A DNA stretch of 64,000 bases. It comes from Eledone cirrhosa (taxonomy: Eukaryota). Within the stretch, counting starts at the first letter, position 1, and each line of letters opens with the position of its first letter. Under the pieces are notes generated by a model, which had not been told where the DNA came from, did not search any database, and saw only the letters and a list, made by a program, of their open reading frames with translations. The stretch covers positions 193,378,001-193,442,000 of the forward strand of contig OZ024742.1 of the NCBI GenBank assembly GCA_964016885.1, in the 5' to 3' direction. Below are positions 39,001 to 52,560 of the stretch, piece after piece. The translations under genes were made by a program, and so were the position numbers.

Positions 39001-40077
39001 TTACAAAAGATGCACAAAGATACAGTAATGGACTACAAATTTCAGAAGTCCCATTTACTGCTGAAATGGAAAACACAGAAAAAGCAAAGCAGGTAAAAGT
39101 AACTGCAAAGAAAGAACTGCTACAGAACTGCTACAGAAACTGGAAAGAACTGCTACAAGAAAAGCCTCTGTATGAAAAATACCCAGAGCGAGCTAACAAT
39201 CCTGATGTTGACAAGACTTTAACCCATCAGTGGTTGGCATCCTCTGGACTGAAATCGGAGACTGAAGGACTGATTATATCGGCACAAGATCAGTGTCTGC
39301 CAACAAAACATTACCAAGCCAACATAATAAAAAAAGGGTGCAGCCAATTATGGCGAGTATGCAAAAAACAACCAGAGACCATTGACCATATAATTTCAAT
39401 GTGCAGTCCTATAGCTCCAACCGAATACCTAAACAGGCATGACAGAGCTGCACAATACATACATTGGATAATGTGTAAGCATTTTGACCTGCCCCATCAA
39501 AAGAATTGGTGGGAGCATCAACCACCTCCCATACTTGAAAAAGATCACATCTCAATCTTGTGGAACTTTAGCATCCAGACAGACCGAAAAATAGATGCAA
39601 ACATACCTGATATAATATTAAAGACTTTCAAAAGAGGGTATGCCTGCTAATTGATATGTCTGTTCCAATAGACAAGAATGTATCTATAAAACATTTGAAA
39701 AATGGAGCAAGTATAAGGACCTGGAGATAGAAATTAGAAAAATGTGGAAATTGAGAACTAAAACAATACCAGTGGTTGTAGGCGCTCTGGGAATGATACC
39801 TAAGGGGTCTAATGATTACTTATCGCAAATCCCAGGAAACCCGCGTATAGGAGAAAAACAAAAGATAGTACTAATGGGAACTGCCCATATACTAAGGAAG
39901 ATTCTGTCAATATAAGTACATCACAAGTCTAAACACTAAAGATGCATGTGTGAATATGTATGTTCTTTCTTGAACATGGCGGACCTTGTTGTCTCTTGAG
40001 GTCACTGGTTGTGACTTGGTGATAACTCGTATGAACATAAAGCAAGATAAATGCAACTGTAATAATAATAATAATAG
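36065..40077 (+). mobile_element. Near full-length Dong/R4-clade LINE (RT + CCHC + restriction-like endonuclease), frameshifted
   Basis: N-terminal KKRGKWSKEDNK. RT ORF 37349..38827 (WIDYKKAFDS, GDSLSPLLF, FYTDDLKL). ORF 38772..39650 has RVCKKQPETIDHIISMC, RHD and PDII. Ends in (TAA)n at 40060-40077. Confidence 0.92.
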
Positions 40078-40904
40078 GGAAGAAAACGCACAAGGTGGAT
40101 ATTTATCGTTATGGAAGCGCTCCCGTAAGTTTTTGATTTTTACTTCTTGATAGAATAATTTTACAACTGTGATAGAATAATTCTTATTACAAATGAACAA
40201 TAAGATTACAGTTTTACGTTCAGCAAGCCATAACGCATCACTTTACGGCATAGGGCCCCAATATTTAATATTTAATTTTGGATCAGAAATGTTATAGTCG
40301 AAAAAGAAGAAAATGGCAAAATGACTAAATAGCTAAATAGCTAAATGGTTTATTGGACAGACAGAAAAATAATTTCACCACCAACACCACCACCACTACC
40401 ACGCTAAAAACTCTAGTCAAGTTACCGCAACTTCTATCTCTTCTTCAACTTCAACACCATCAATACAGTACTACGATCACATATCGCTACCGCCGCTATT
40501 CTCTCCCACTACCTCCTGCTAAGTACTGCTAGCACAGCACCACTACCACCACCACCACTGCCTCATTATCACTACCGCCGCTATTCTCTCCCACTACCTC
40601 CTGCTAAGACATGCATCGTAGTGTCCCCACTAAAAGAGGAAGGCATCAAAATATATAAATAGACTGATTTGATGACCCGGTCAGAAAATCAAAAAAACAA
40701 AAATCAAAATCAAAGCAGCACAGCAACAACGAAAAACGCAAAGAAAAAACAAATGAAAAGAAAAACAAACAGACAGACAAAGAAGGGAAGGGAAAAACTA
40801 AGTCAGACATTCAAACATTACATTACAATGAAACTTATGCTTATTCTTTTTTTTTTTTTGCCTATTTGTTTGTTCGTTTATTTATGTTCGTCTACAGCGT
40901 GATA

Positions 40905-43738
40905 GTGCCACACAAAAATCACCGGAAGTGATGAAATCACCGGTGGTTATGTAACATACATTCACCAATCCTCGATAAGAGTGTTTAAATGTCGAACCTA
41001 AACAGCTCGAATAACGGTGAAGTGGAGACTAGAATGTCATGTGACAGACTCTCACCCAGCAGGTGCTCCCTGACTCAGCAGCAGGGACCTGGCTGTCAAC
41101 CAAATACTGTTGGTGTCGGAGGAAGAAGAAGGAAAGGGACCAGAACCAACTGGACGAAAGAATTGAATAGAACTGTTATGCAATTTTACCTGAAGAGTAA
41201 CCCCAAGGAGAAAGGCTATAGGAAACGGATGCGATACGAGAGCAGAGTCAGTCAGTATAGACAGAACCGCATGTTTGACAACAACCAGAAGATGTTGTTT
41301 GGACAGCTTGAAGGGAAAGAAAGAGGCAACAACTTGATCCCTGAGGCGGAACAAACTAAGACATTCTGGAGAGGAATATGGGAGCAGGATGTTAAACATA
41401 ATGATCAGGCAGTGTGGATTGAGACAGTACAAAAGGAGATTAGTAAACAGGCACACCAACAAACTGATTTGAGTATCACAGTTGAAACTCTTAAGGAGCA
41501 GGCCCAAAAAACTAACCAACTGGAAATCACCAGGCCCAGATGGTGTTCAGGGGTATTGGATTAAAAATATAACATCCCTCCACCCGAAACTGACAACCAT
41601 GTTCAATGACTGCTTGATGTCAGGTGAGGTACCAGAGTGGTTGACAAAAGGTACCACAGTTCTGGTAATGAAAGATCGAATCAAGGGTAATGATGTTACC
41701 AACTATAGACCTATCACATGTCTGTCCGTAATATGGAAACTGTTGACAAGCATTATGTCTAAGGAAATCTACCATCACCTCAACACAAACAACTTGTTAC
41801 CGGACGAACAGAAAGGATACCGAAAGAAGTCCCGTGGTACAAAGGACCAGTTACTTATTGAAAAGATGGTAATGAGGAATTGCAAGAGGAGAGACACTGG
41901 TCTTGCCATGGGATGGATAGACTACATAAAGGTATTTGACATGGTGCCTCATTCTTGGATCACCAAAAGCCTAGAGATCTTCAAGGTGGCAGATGACATC
42001 AGACAGTTGTTGGGCAAAAGTGTGAAGTCCTGGAAAACAGAGTTAACATCAGCTGGAGAATGCTTGGGAGGCGTGAAGATCAAGAGAGGTATCTTCCAGG
42101 GAGATAGTCTGTCCCCCTCTGTTGTTTGTCCTTACCCTGATGCCCCTGACCATTATACTGCGAAAAGTGAGAGCAGGATACAAGTTGGGAAAGAGAGAGC
42201 TTACCATCAGCCACCTCCTCTTCATGGACGATCTTAAGCTCTTCGGGAAGAGTGAGAAGGAGTTGGATGTGCTTGTTGACACTGTCCGTATTTTCAACAA
42301 TGATATATGTATGCAATTTGGTATTAGTAAGTGTGGAGTCCGTGTGATGAAGTGGGGTAAATTGAGCAGAAGCAACGGAATCACCAACAGGTGAGATGAT
42401 AAAGGAAATTGACACTGAAGAAGGATACAAGTATTTGGGTGTTCGGGAGGCTGATGAAATCAAGAACAAAAAAATGAAGGAATTGATAAGATCTGAATAC
42501 ATTCGGAGAGTAAGGAGCGTATTAAAGTCACATCTGAACAGTAGGAATGCCATAAGTGCAGTAAATTCCCGATCTGTGTCTATTATTAGGTACTGTGCGG
42601 GAATTCTGAGATGGAATGTTGCTGAACAAAAAGAAATGGATAGGAAGACTAGGAAGCTATTGACTATCTGCAACATGTTCCACAAGAGGAGTGATGTCGA
42701 TAGACTCTACTTAAGGAGATCTGAAGGTGGAAGAGGTCTTATCAGCATAGAGGACTGCGTTCAGATAGAGAAAAACAACCTACACAAATACGTGACTGAT
42801 AGTAAGGAGCCAATGCTCAGAACTGTACTGAAGGAGAGGACAATAGACCAGGGGATGTCCAAGGAGGAAATAACAACAAGGAGAAAGAGCATCCTTCATG
42901 AAAAATCCCTTCATATTACCTTCTTTGAGAAAACTGAATTCAGAGATCCACAGACATTGAACTGGTTGAAAAGAGGAAACCTTAAAAAGGCTACAGAAGG
43001 AATGTTAATGGCTGCGCAAGAGGAAGTCCTCAAAACGAAGTGGTTGAAACACCATATTTACAAGGAGGAGGCTAGCCCACTGTGCAGGATCTGTGGAGAG
43101 AGAGAGGAGACTGTGGCTCACATTGTATCCGAGTGTAAACACATAGCCCAGACTCACTATAAGGGCTGGAGACATGGTGTGATGGGCAGGGTGATCCACT
43201 GGCACCTATGCAAAGTAAACAATTTACCACATTCTGAGAAGTGGTATGAGCATAAGCCAGAGTCGGTGATAAAAAACGATCGGGTAAAGGTGCTGTGGGA
43301 TTTTAGGATACAGACGGACAAGAAACTGGAACACAATAGACCTGACCTGGTGGTTTTGGACAAGGAAAAAAGATCGTGCCTGATTGTGGATGTGGCCTGC
43401 CCATTCGACACGAGAGTGCAAGAGAAGGAGAGGGAGAAAATTAACCGATACCAGGACTTAAAATGGGAGGTAAAAAGGATTTGGAACTGCCATGAAGTCA
43501 AAGTTGTCCCGATTGTGATAGGCACACTAGGTACTATCTCAAAAAGTTTCCTGGGATGGTTAAAGAAAATTGGCCCCTTCACGCTTTTTGGAACGCTTCA
43601 AAGGCATGCTTGCTGGCAACAGCAAGGACACTCCGCTACGTCCTGAATATCTAAAGGCTGCAGGTAGTGGCTTGATATTCATTTCAACAAACTTTCCAGT
43701 TAACTAACATCAATGGCTGAGACTCAAAGAACAATAAC

Positions 43739-43768
<30 letters not shown>
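40905..43768 (+). mobile_element. Second Dong/R4-clade LINE (different family), internally deleted, (TAA)n tail
   Basis: WKSPGPDGVQGYW, GIFQGDSLSP, LLFMDDLKL, CRICGEREETVAHIVSEC, RPDLVVLDK..IVDVACP..EKINRYQDL. Tail at 43732-43768. Confidence 0.92.
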
Positions 43769-43769
<1 letters not shown>

Positions 43770-46700
43770 TTTTCTTTATTAACCACAATGGTTTACATAA
43801 AGTAGACATTAAGGACAGTACAGGACAATACAGGACGGTACAAATGGGCATTTCTGCGTGTAAAAAAAAACAGAGGTTGAAATAAAGTAACAAAGAAAAA
43901 TTCCCCAATAGGGGGGAGACTTCCGAGGGACATTTGTGGAGAAAGCCCATTAAAAGACCACAGTGGCCCTGACCACCAGGGCAAGTGCCCTCTCCCAGTT
44001 TTCCACCTTTAATTTACAGACACATACTTAGAGAAGGCCCATTCATTCGGGCCATACTTGCTTCTCTCACCCATCTTTCAACAAAATGCTGGGAAGAGAG
44101 CACTTCCCTCTCTACCCTGATTTTCCTTTTCAAATGAAATTTGAAAAAGTTAATCAGGGCATCACCGAAGAGGTAAGTGCTCGTCTTCAGCTTTTCAAAC
44201 GTGTCCACCATACTATCTCTTTCGCCATGGCCACCAGACAGATAAAAACTGCCTGCCCTTCCCGGCTAAAGGAAGGGGGCGGGGCAATCCTCACGATGGA
44301 CTCAGCTGATAGCTGGATCCGTCCTACACGTGACAGCAGGTGTTCGACATAAACCCACAAGTCAGCAATGCTCGGACACTGGACGAGTGCGTGCAGGGTG
44401 GTTTCGTCGCCCTGTGCGCATCTCGGACATGCCCGGCTGACGGCACCTCCATGCCTGTAGAGTTTATCCCCAACTGGCAAAGCTCCTCGGTAGCACTGCC
44501 AGGCCAGGTATTTCTGGAAGTTGTCCATAGGCCCCGGCCCGAAAGTCCTTCCGAAGAGATTGGCTAGTTGATTTTCGTCGACGCCTAGAGTATATCCAAG
44601 TACGTCGTCGCTCTTCCCCTCCACTAATCCCCTATAGAACGCCAAGGTGGAGTTTCCACCGATCACATTGCCCGATTGGTTGAGGGCTGTGAGCGCCTGA
44701 AGACATTCCAGTCTCCAAGCGCTCCCTCTCGGTCTTCGCTTGACCCAGGACTGCAGCTCCGTCAAGGAGACGAGCTGGGGAAAGACGCGTCTAGCAAACG
44801 GAGACCACACCTGATCACCGTCGGGGAAGAGATGGAGATGTCGTAGCCTGAGCGCGTGTCTGCGCATCATCATCCACGGCATGCTCAGCCCTCCACGTAG
44901 CGGGTGTTGACAGCAGATGGACCGCCTGCCCACAAAAAGCGAAAGAATAAACGCTCCAGCGCAGTCAGGCGGGGCTTAGGACAAGGTACGACGGTCAGGC
45001 GGTAGTAGATTACGCACGTGATATACGCGTTAGCCACCTCCGCTCGACCTTTCAGGCATAGCTTGTCGCAGTTTTTGTCCGTCTGGAGATCCGGACCGAA
45101 CCAGACCCCGAGCAATTTAACTGGTCCGTTCCTCCAGCGCCCGACGACGCTGTTGGGCGACATGGACCTGTCTCTCCAGGTGCCGAGCTGCAGACCCACT
45201 GACTTTTCCTGGTTGATCATTGCTCCTGTCACCGCTTCGTATTCTCTTAGTGTAGTGCCCATCGCCCCGTCGTGTTTGGCGTTCGACACCACTGCGGTGA
45301 CATCGTCCGCTTATGCTGACACGGATCTTCCGCATCCTAGTTGGCGCGGGACCCCCCTCAACGTCTCCAGTTTGTGCAGTAATGGCTCGAGAGTCAATAC
45401 GTACAACAGGGACGAGAGTGGACATCCTTTGCGGACCGAGCGCATGATGTTGAACGGTTCCGAAAGGTGACCGTTCACTCTCACCACAGAGCAGATATCG
45501 CTGAGCATGGCAGCGATCCAGCCTCTGAAGACGGGCCAAAGCCAGCCGCCCTCAGGACTGCCGCTAGGTAACGATGGTCGACCCTATCGAAAGCTTTCGA
45601 CTGATCTAAATTTATCAAAGACCCACCCGTGCCAGGTTCCCTAGGTACCCTCTCTACGATGTATCGCATGAGGTGGAGGTTATCGTGGATGGATCTGTCG
45701 AGAATGGCGCATGTCTGCGCCTCTCCCACCAGACAACCAAGGACAAGCGCCAACCTCTTTGCTAGCACCTTGGCCAAAATCTTGAACTCTGTGTTTAGCA
45801 GAGTTATGGGCCTAAAATTATCTATGTTATCCCCCTTGTTCGGATCCTTTCTCAGCAGCCCCACAGATCCTCGGCTCACAGAGCTGGGATTTCTTCCGTT
45901 CTGTTGCCAGTTGCAGTAGACGTCCGCCAAGAGGCCTCCGAACAAGTCTGGCATCTGTACGTAAAGTTCATAGGGCAGACCATCCAAACCAGGCGATTTA
46001 CCTCTTGTGCAGCTAGACATTGCCTCCCGTACTTCAGCGGCAGTTATCTGCTTTTCGCAACACTCCGCCTCAGTGGCCGAGAGACGCGGCAGTCCGTCGA
46101 GGTAGACACTAAAGTCCATCCGTCGATCCGGCCCGCCGCTGACCCCGAACAAATTAGCGAAGTGTCGCTGAAAAGCTTCACACATTTGCCCGGGATCGAG
46201 TAGCATGCGCCCGTCGTGGTCCACCACAGACCGGATCGTGGCTTTGTTGCCACGACGCGCACATTGAACGGCTTTCGTCTCCTCGTGTGTGAGAGCACGC
46301 ACCCTAGCTCTGACAGCGCAGCCTTCGTGCTTTGCATTGAAGAATTGGTCAAGGCCCATTTCGGTGCAAGTACGTCGGTCGCGATGCCTTTGCTAAGCGC
46401 CTCGTCTAATTCTCTAACTAATTCTCTCTCTGCTCTATTTTTCTCTATTGCTAAAACCTTACTAAACCTAATGGACTCTATTCTAATTGCTCTTTTCAGA
46501 GTAAACCACCACTTGTTGTTGACGATGGCCCCCGTCAACGCCCGCTTAACTAGTTCGCTAATCCGGTCTCTGTAGGCATTGCGCGCTGGTAAGGAAGCGT
46601 TTAGCTTCCAGTAGCCGGGTCCTCGTCTATGAAGCCTATCTAAGTGAAGCACACAGATCACGAATTTGTGGTCCGTATAGCTGACTATCTTGAATTGTGG

Positions 46701-49567
46701 ACAGCCTATGCTAGACCTATCTATTTCTCTACAAAATGCTATATCTAGATATGATCTCGATGTCCCTATGCGATTTGTCCAAGTCCACATTGGCACATTC
46801 GGGAAATCCAATCGGTACTTGTCAGACAGTTCAAAACGCCTGGGCAGGTTGATGAGGCTCTTGCACCCTCCTCCCCTAACCGCTAATCCCACACAGTCCC
46901 AGCGTGCATCTAAGATCCCGTTCCAGTTGCCCAATAACACTGAAGAGCGGGACGTTCCAAGAAAGATCTCCAGACGCCGGAAGAAATCAGGCCGCCCTGC
47001 TCCTGTCGTGGCGTAGACGGTCACTAGCCTGAAAGCGTGCCCGTCTCCGCTGGTCACGTCTAGCACCACCAACTTACCTTCTGGGTCCAGGAAGATGGCC
47101 CGTAGGCGAGAACCAAATCTCTCCGAAAAAGCACAGCAACTCCTCCCGCCGATCCCGGACGGCTTGGAGATGCCTACACATCGTAGCCGCCGAAGATCGG
47201 TGCAAAGGCCCGTGCTTCGGAGATTCTGGTCTCGCTAATGGCCACTACATCTATGTTTAGTGACCTGAGGTCGTTGAGTAGGTGGCCCTTCTTCCATGAC
47301 GACCCCAAGCCATGCGCATTTATGCTGCATATTCTGAGTGAGGTCATGTTGAAATGGAGTGGAAAAGATGGGAAAGATCCCTTACCTTACTTCTCGTAGA
47401 GGAAGGATGGTTTGTCCATCCTTTTCACTGCTTGTGGCCTCCTCCGGAAGGATGTCCTTATAAATCCTCCTGGAGAGTGTTTGTCGGAAGTCTCCGATGT
47501 CTTTGGGGAATTTTACTTTTAGTGTCGTGTACATTTTCTGTGTGATGCGAGTGATTTGTATGTGTGGAGGTGGTGTGAATTTTTGGGTTGTTGTGTAGTC
47601 TTTTTCTGTGATGCTGGTGTTGTGTTGCATGTAGTATAATAATTGGTTGTTGTTCCAATTTAATGCTGTGTAGTGTGTATCGTTTTGGTTGTTTTGTTTT
47701 GTTTGCGTTTGTTGTGGGTTTGTTTCTGTTACGCTTTTTGGTGACTTTTGTGGGTTTGGTGATGGTGGTGTTGTGGTTAATGATGGTGATGATGTTGGTG
47801 TTAGTGGTGATGGGGTTGGTGATGCTGGTGTGGATGGTGGCATATTTTTCCTAACTTTTTTGTTTGATAATTTATTTGTTCCCCTCTGTATTTTGTTTTT
47901 GGAGGGGGAAGGGAAGTGAATATTTTTTCCTATTTGGTTTCTTGTTTCTTTTTTCTTTTTTCCTGATACCGTTTCCCACTCCTCGTCGTCACAATCTGTC
48001 TCCAGTTGCGATAATCCGGGGAGAAGAAAATCCTCCACAGGCGTTGATTTTGGTTGTGGCGTGGTGGATGGTGTAGGCGCTGGTGCTAGTTCTGGCGCGT
48101 TGGGAGGTGGTGGTGTTGGCTTTTCTACTGTTGCTGGGGTTGTTGCTGTTACAGTTGCTTCTGTTGTTGCTGCTACAGTTGTTGCTGCCATTTCTGCTGC
48201 TGGTGGTGTTGATGGTTGAGTCACTGGGGTGGGTAAGAGAGGTAGCCTCAACCTTTTAGCCTGAGGGCAGAAAGCCCTTAGGTGGGTTCCTTCACGACAA
48301 ACGACACATCTAGGTCTTCTGCCCTCGACGATTTCGGTGAGGTGGCTGCGGTCAGTGAGGTCTATTACCTCTGGGAACTCCTCAATGCTTTTATGGTACG
48401 CTTGGATCAGGAGCTCCATCCCAGATCCGGACCAGTTCTCCTGCTTTTCTTTCGCTATTTCAATTATCTTGGTGTTGGCCTCGATGCCGGCGAGGACGGC
48501 AGCCATTAGCCAGGGAATTTCGATGGTCGGTGGAACGTGGGTCACCCTGATCTTCACAAGTCTCTGGCCACAATAGCTTGGGACGAGTGTGAAGTCGTCA
48601 CTTCTTAATGGGGCCATGAAGTGTTCTCTGATCTCCTGTGGTGTTTCAAAGAACACTTCCACGGTTCCATATTTCTGCCCACGTCTGATGTGGATTTTTT
48701 TTGCCCACACATGTCCCAAATCTTTTTGGATTTGGGACTCGGATGCCCGTTCGACTCGGCGCGATTTTATGTTAATTGTCCGATAATACACGGTGCATAG
48801 GCGACGTTGCTCCATTTTATTAGGTGTGTGTGGGGAGGGGCAGACTGACCCTGTATCCATCTTTCTTTACCATTCCTTTGGCTTCTTCTAATTCCTCCTG
48901 AGTTACCTGGATCGCTTCGCAACTTTTTGCTACTATGGCAAAACTCAGGGTAGTTTTCTTAATTTCATTGTTGCTGTTGTTGTTATTGTTATTTTTGCTA
49001 TTGTTAATTTTAGTTTCAGTTATGGTGGTGGTGGCGTCAGTGGTGTTCGGTGTCGAAGAGTTCATTTTGGTTGAATTCATTTCGATATCACGAGTTAATT
49101 TATTTTTTTCTTTTGTTTCTGTTGTCGCTGTGGTTGTGGTGGGGGTGGTAGTTGTCGCGGTGGTGGTGGTGATGGCGGCTTTAACACCTGCAGTCATTGG
49201 TAATGTCGGGAAATGAACGTCTGCCTGCGACAAATTTAAAATATTGCTACTGCTTACATTTCCAGTGTTGGCAAACGTAGCAATATTTAGAATGGTGGTG
49301 TCGGTGTGAGATGTTAGATTGTGAGGAAGGAGTGATTCTGAGTCATCCATTATTTTTCAAAGAAAGATGTTTGTTTGATAATTATGAACAGTTTAAATTT
49401 TGGGCTCAAGACCCCAATATTTTTGAGTGTCCTTTTCAGAAATCAATGTATGTGCACTTATATATAGTTAACAATAAAAAAATTTCCATAAATGGCAATT
49501 TTAAACAACTGAAAATAACAAACCTTTGCGGAGCTCACGATGATACGATTTACTACGTAGGTCACCG
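43769..49567 (-). mobile_element. Near full-length Tx1/L1-clade LINE (ORF1 + APE-RT ORF2), frameshifted
   Basis: ORF2 begins about 47348 (MTSLRICSINAHGLG..VVAISETR), then SYLDIAF, YTDHK, GPGYWKLN, KSPGLDGL, NFRPITLLN, LDQSKAFDRVDH, GCPLS and CPRC..ETTLHALVQC. AATAAA near 43780; (TAA)n on both flanks. Confidence 0.92.
47382..48860 (-). CDS. Tx1-type ORF1 (gag-like, CCHC knuckle, Pro/Thr-rich tail); N-terminus continues in 49350..48820 after a frameshift
   Basis: EGRRPRCVVCREGTHLRAFCP zinc knuckle, directly upstream of the APE-RT ORF2. Confidence 0.8.
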   Translation of the reverse strand: MDTGSVCPSPHTPNKMEQRRLCTVYYRTINIKSRRVERASESQIQKDLGHVWAKKIHIRRGQKYGTVEVFFETPQEIREHFMAPLRSDDFTLVPSYCGQRLVKIRVTHVPPTIEIPWLMAAVLAGIEANTKIIEIAKEKQENWSGSGMELLIQAYHKSIEEFPEVIDLTDRSHLTEIVEGRRPRCVVCREGTHLRAFCPQAKRLRLPLLPTPVTQPSTPPAAEMAATTVAATTEATVTATTPATVEKPTPPPPNAPELAPAPTPSTTPQPKSTPVEDFLLPGLSQLETDCDDEEWETVSGKKKKETRNQIGKNIHFPSPSKNKIQRGTNKLSNKKVRKNMPPSTPASPTPSPLTPTSSPSLTTTPPSPNPQKSPKSVTETNPQQTQTKQNNQNDTHYTALNWNNNQLLYYMQHNTSITEKDYTTTQKFTPPPHIQITRITQKMYTTLKVKFPKDIGDFRQTLSRRIYKDILPEEATSSEKDGQTILPLREVR

Positions 49568-49607
<40 letters not shown>

Positions 49608-49612
49608 TAATA

Positions 49613-49805
49613 ATAATTGTTTCTACGTTAGGCACAAGGCCAGCAATTACCCAGTGTATTACTGGTACTTTATTTTATCGACCCCGTAAGGATGAAAGGC
49701 AAAGTTAACCTCGGCGGGATTTGAACTCAGAATGGCAAGGGCTGTAACTCTATGCGTCAAAGCATGGCATCCGACCCTCTACCAATACTGCCAATCCACC
49801 GCCCT
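49613..49805 (-). mobile_element. Full-length tRNA-derived SINE inserted in (TAA)n
   Basis: Minus strand 5' gggcggtggattggcagtattggtag (A-box-like), gagttcaaatccc (B-box), Nin/Deu-like core, (ATT)n tail. Confidence 0.9.
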
Positions 49806-50910
49806 AATAAATATAATAATAATAATAATATATATATATATATATATATATTTACGTAAGACGACTTTTATTACAAAATAGTATGAAGGGCGTGAAAGGT
49901 GAGGTAAATTTGGCTGCTATTTCAATCTATTAATACGAGCTTTTTGAGACTCTCTAAAGGTGTTACTTGTCAAATAGATAAATGTATCATTCCCATTAGT
50001 TTAGCAATACAGTTTGTATGGAATATCAAATAACCCGAACTAACTATTATAGGGGATAAATATGAGCAACCTTTATTTTGATCTATTATTTCGTAGTATA
50101 ATTGGATTAACATTTCATCAACTAAAGGATTATCCCACTGTTTCGATGATGAGCATTAAATTATTCAATCAACTGAAATGTAGCGCAAGAATTAGTGGAT
50201 AAGTGGCTGAGTATTCCACAGACAAGTGTTACTTTAACCTGAGTTCTCTCATAAAATAATTTTGACAGAAGTTTACACATGAGATTTACAGTTATATTCC
50301 ATATATTCCATACGACGGGCTTCCATGCAATTTCTGCCTACATAATTAGACCCAGAAAGCTTGGATTGATCGATGTTATGATGGTCACATTTACTGAAGA
50401 TGACACCGACAGAGATGGAGCAGGTGACTTCAAGATTGCCAATTCAACCACTTAACCGTTCAGGCATGCTCACATCCGGTACATCAAGTAATTGAAATAT
50501 CAATACAATATTGCTTTAGTAAATTATATATGTAAGTCATTTTCTTTTCTTGATATGACAAACACATATGATTACTAAATGAACAATTTATTGCACACAA
50601 CCATCATTCCCTCACAATATATACAAACTGCAACGTTGCTGCTCTTCCCAATGATTATTTATTATGTTCTGATGTTGTGTATATGAAAATTAATGCAAAA
50701 CCTTGAGACGACCATGCTAACGTTGTTGAGAACATCATGATAATTATGATGATAACAAAGATGGTAGTGACGACGACGATGACAAAGATAACATGGATGG
50801 TGATGATGAAAATTCTGGTATATATTTTATCGATCTATTATACAGATTGGCTCAGATACATTTTTGACACAACAGCTACAAAAACACAATTTATATATAT
50901 ATATATATAT

Positions 50911-51349
50911 ATATACGAGATTAAACAAATGGAAACCATATTAATAAAACCATATTTATTTCATTATATATATTTCAGGGATATCATATTAAAAATATGG
51001 TATGCCTTCCTCAGACAAAATACAATATATAAACCGTTTTATAAATAAATTTGACATACCTTAAACATTACAACTTCCATTTAAAAAGTTTTAAATGGAA
51101 GTTGTAATGTTTAAGGTATGTCAAATTTATTTATAAAACGGTTTATATATTGTATTTTGTCTGAGGAAGGCATACCATATTTTTAATATGATATCCCTGA
51201 AATATATATAATGAAATAAATATGGTTTTATAAATATGGTTTCCATTTGTTTAATATCGTATATCTACTCCAAAACTTGTTGAGTGCTTTTATATCAGTT
51301 ATAAAATATTTACTCGTTGTAACCCAACAATTTTAAATAAAACTTTTGC

Positions 51350-51350
<1 letters not shown>
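50911..51350. mobile_element. Fold-back HHR element, family 7 (arms 50911-51086 / 51089-51264 plus right tail)
   Basis: About 176-bp near-perfect palindrome with a 2-nt loop; (TA)n on both sides. Confidence 0.88.
51156..51215 (+). ncRNA. Type I hammerhead ribozyme, family 7 (mirror ~50962-51019 on - strand)
   Basis: tttgt-CTGAGGA-aggcataccatatt ttt aatatgatatccct-GAAA-tatata-TA-atgaa. Confidence 0.72.
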
Positions 51351-51382
<32 letters not shown>

Positions 51383-51771
51383 CGTAATATATTTGGCAAT
51401 ATACTGTATGTTTAATTAAAAATATTTTAAAGACCATACGCTATGAGTTTTAAAGTAGTGATTATGTTACTTGAATAATCAAGACCGTAGCGGTATGTCA
51501 TATATCAAATCATATATTTTGTCTGATGAGGACATAATGAAAAAAAAACAGCACAGTACCTTTGAAATATATATAATAAAGTATATATTTTGATTATGAG
51601 AATATTTTTCATTTTTTAATATTTTGAATAATATATATATATGAGACCGAGGTGAGCACTAATCATATGAGTACCCTATATATGGGGAGATGTGGAGTGG
51701 GTATAGAGATATGTGAATCCCGACCGCGGCGCCAAGTGGTTTCCGCTTGGCGCCGCGTTCAGGATTTTACA

Positions 51772-51812
<41 letters not shown>

Positions 51813-51815
51813 CTC

Positions 51816-51894
<79 letters not shown>

Positions 51895-52286
51895 CGAGAG
51901 AGAGAGAGAGAGAGAATATGACTTGTGTTAGCAACGTGTCCGTTAACTTAGTTCCACTACGAACTTAAGCTGTCCCCCAAGGCATTTGTAGAAGACACTA
52001 GCTCAAGGGGTTTTACGCAGAGGATCACAGCCTGAGCAACGCAGCTACAGTGTAAATGTCCTAAGCAACAAAATGAATATCTATTATATTACAATACACA
52101 AACCAGGATCGAATCAACTCTAACGTTCTTTACTGCTTACATAGTATCTACCATACGCTACACAACATATTTTACGAAACATGACAGCAGGATTGCACAC
52201 TGAAAAAAGTAACTTTATTATATAGCTTATGTCATTGTGATGCATTACAACATGATCATTCCATTACTAATACTATTTATAAATGC

Positions 52287-52475
52287 AGGGGCGGTGGATT
52301 GGCAGTATCGGTAGGGGGGTCAGACACCATGCTTTGACGCATAGAGTTACGGCCCTTGAGTTCCAATCCCGCCGAGGTTAACTTTGTCTTTCAACCTTAC
52401 AGGGTCGATAAAATAAAGTACCAGTAATGCACTGGTGAATTGCTGGCCTTGTGCCAAATGTAGAAACAATTAATT
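52287..52475 (+). mobile_element. tRNA-derived SINE, + strand copy
   Basis: ggggcggtggattggcagtatcggtag..gagttccaatcccgccgagg..gtcgataaaataaagtaccag..gtagaaacaatt. Confidence 0.9.
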
Positions 52476-52560
52476 ATAAATGCACATAATGATAAAAGAA
52501 AAAAATAGCGTAACAAATTGTATTTCATTTAATCCAGCAATGTTTAATAGATTTATTTTT

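Noticed and set aside
40487-40608. 37-bp direct repeat ctaccgccgctattctctcccactacctcctgctaag
   Set aside because: Local duplication in low-complexity (CAC/TAC) sequence; no further structure.
49613-49805. tRNA gene (A/B boxes)
   Set aside because: No cloverleaf; it is the tRNA-derived head of a multi-copy SINE.
50911-51264. Palindromes as sequencing or assembly fold-back chimeras
   Set aside because: Arms differ by scattered substitutions to varying degrees, share family-level endpoints and recur as independent copies. A long-read check is still advisable.
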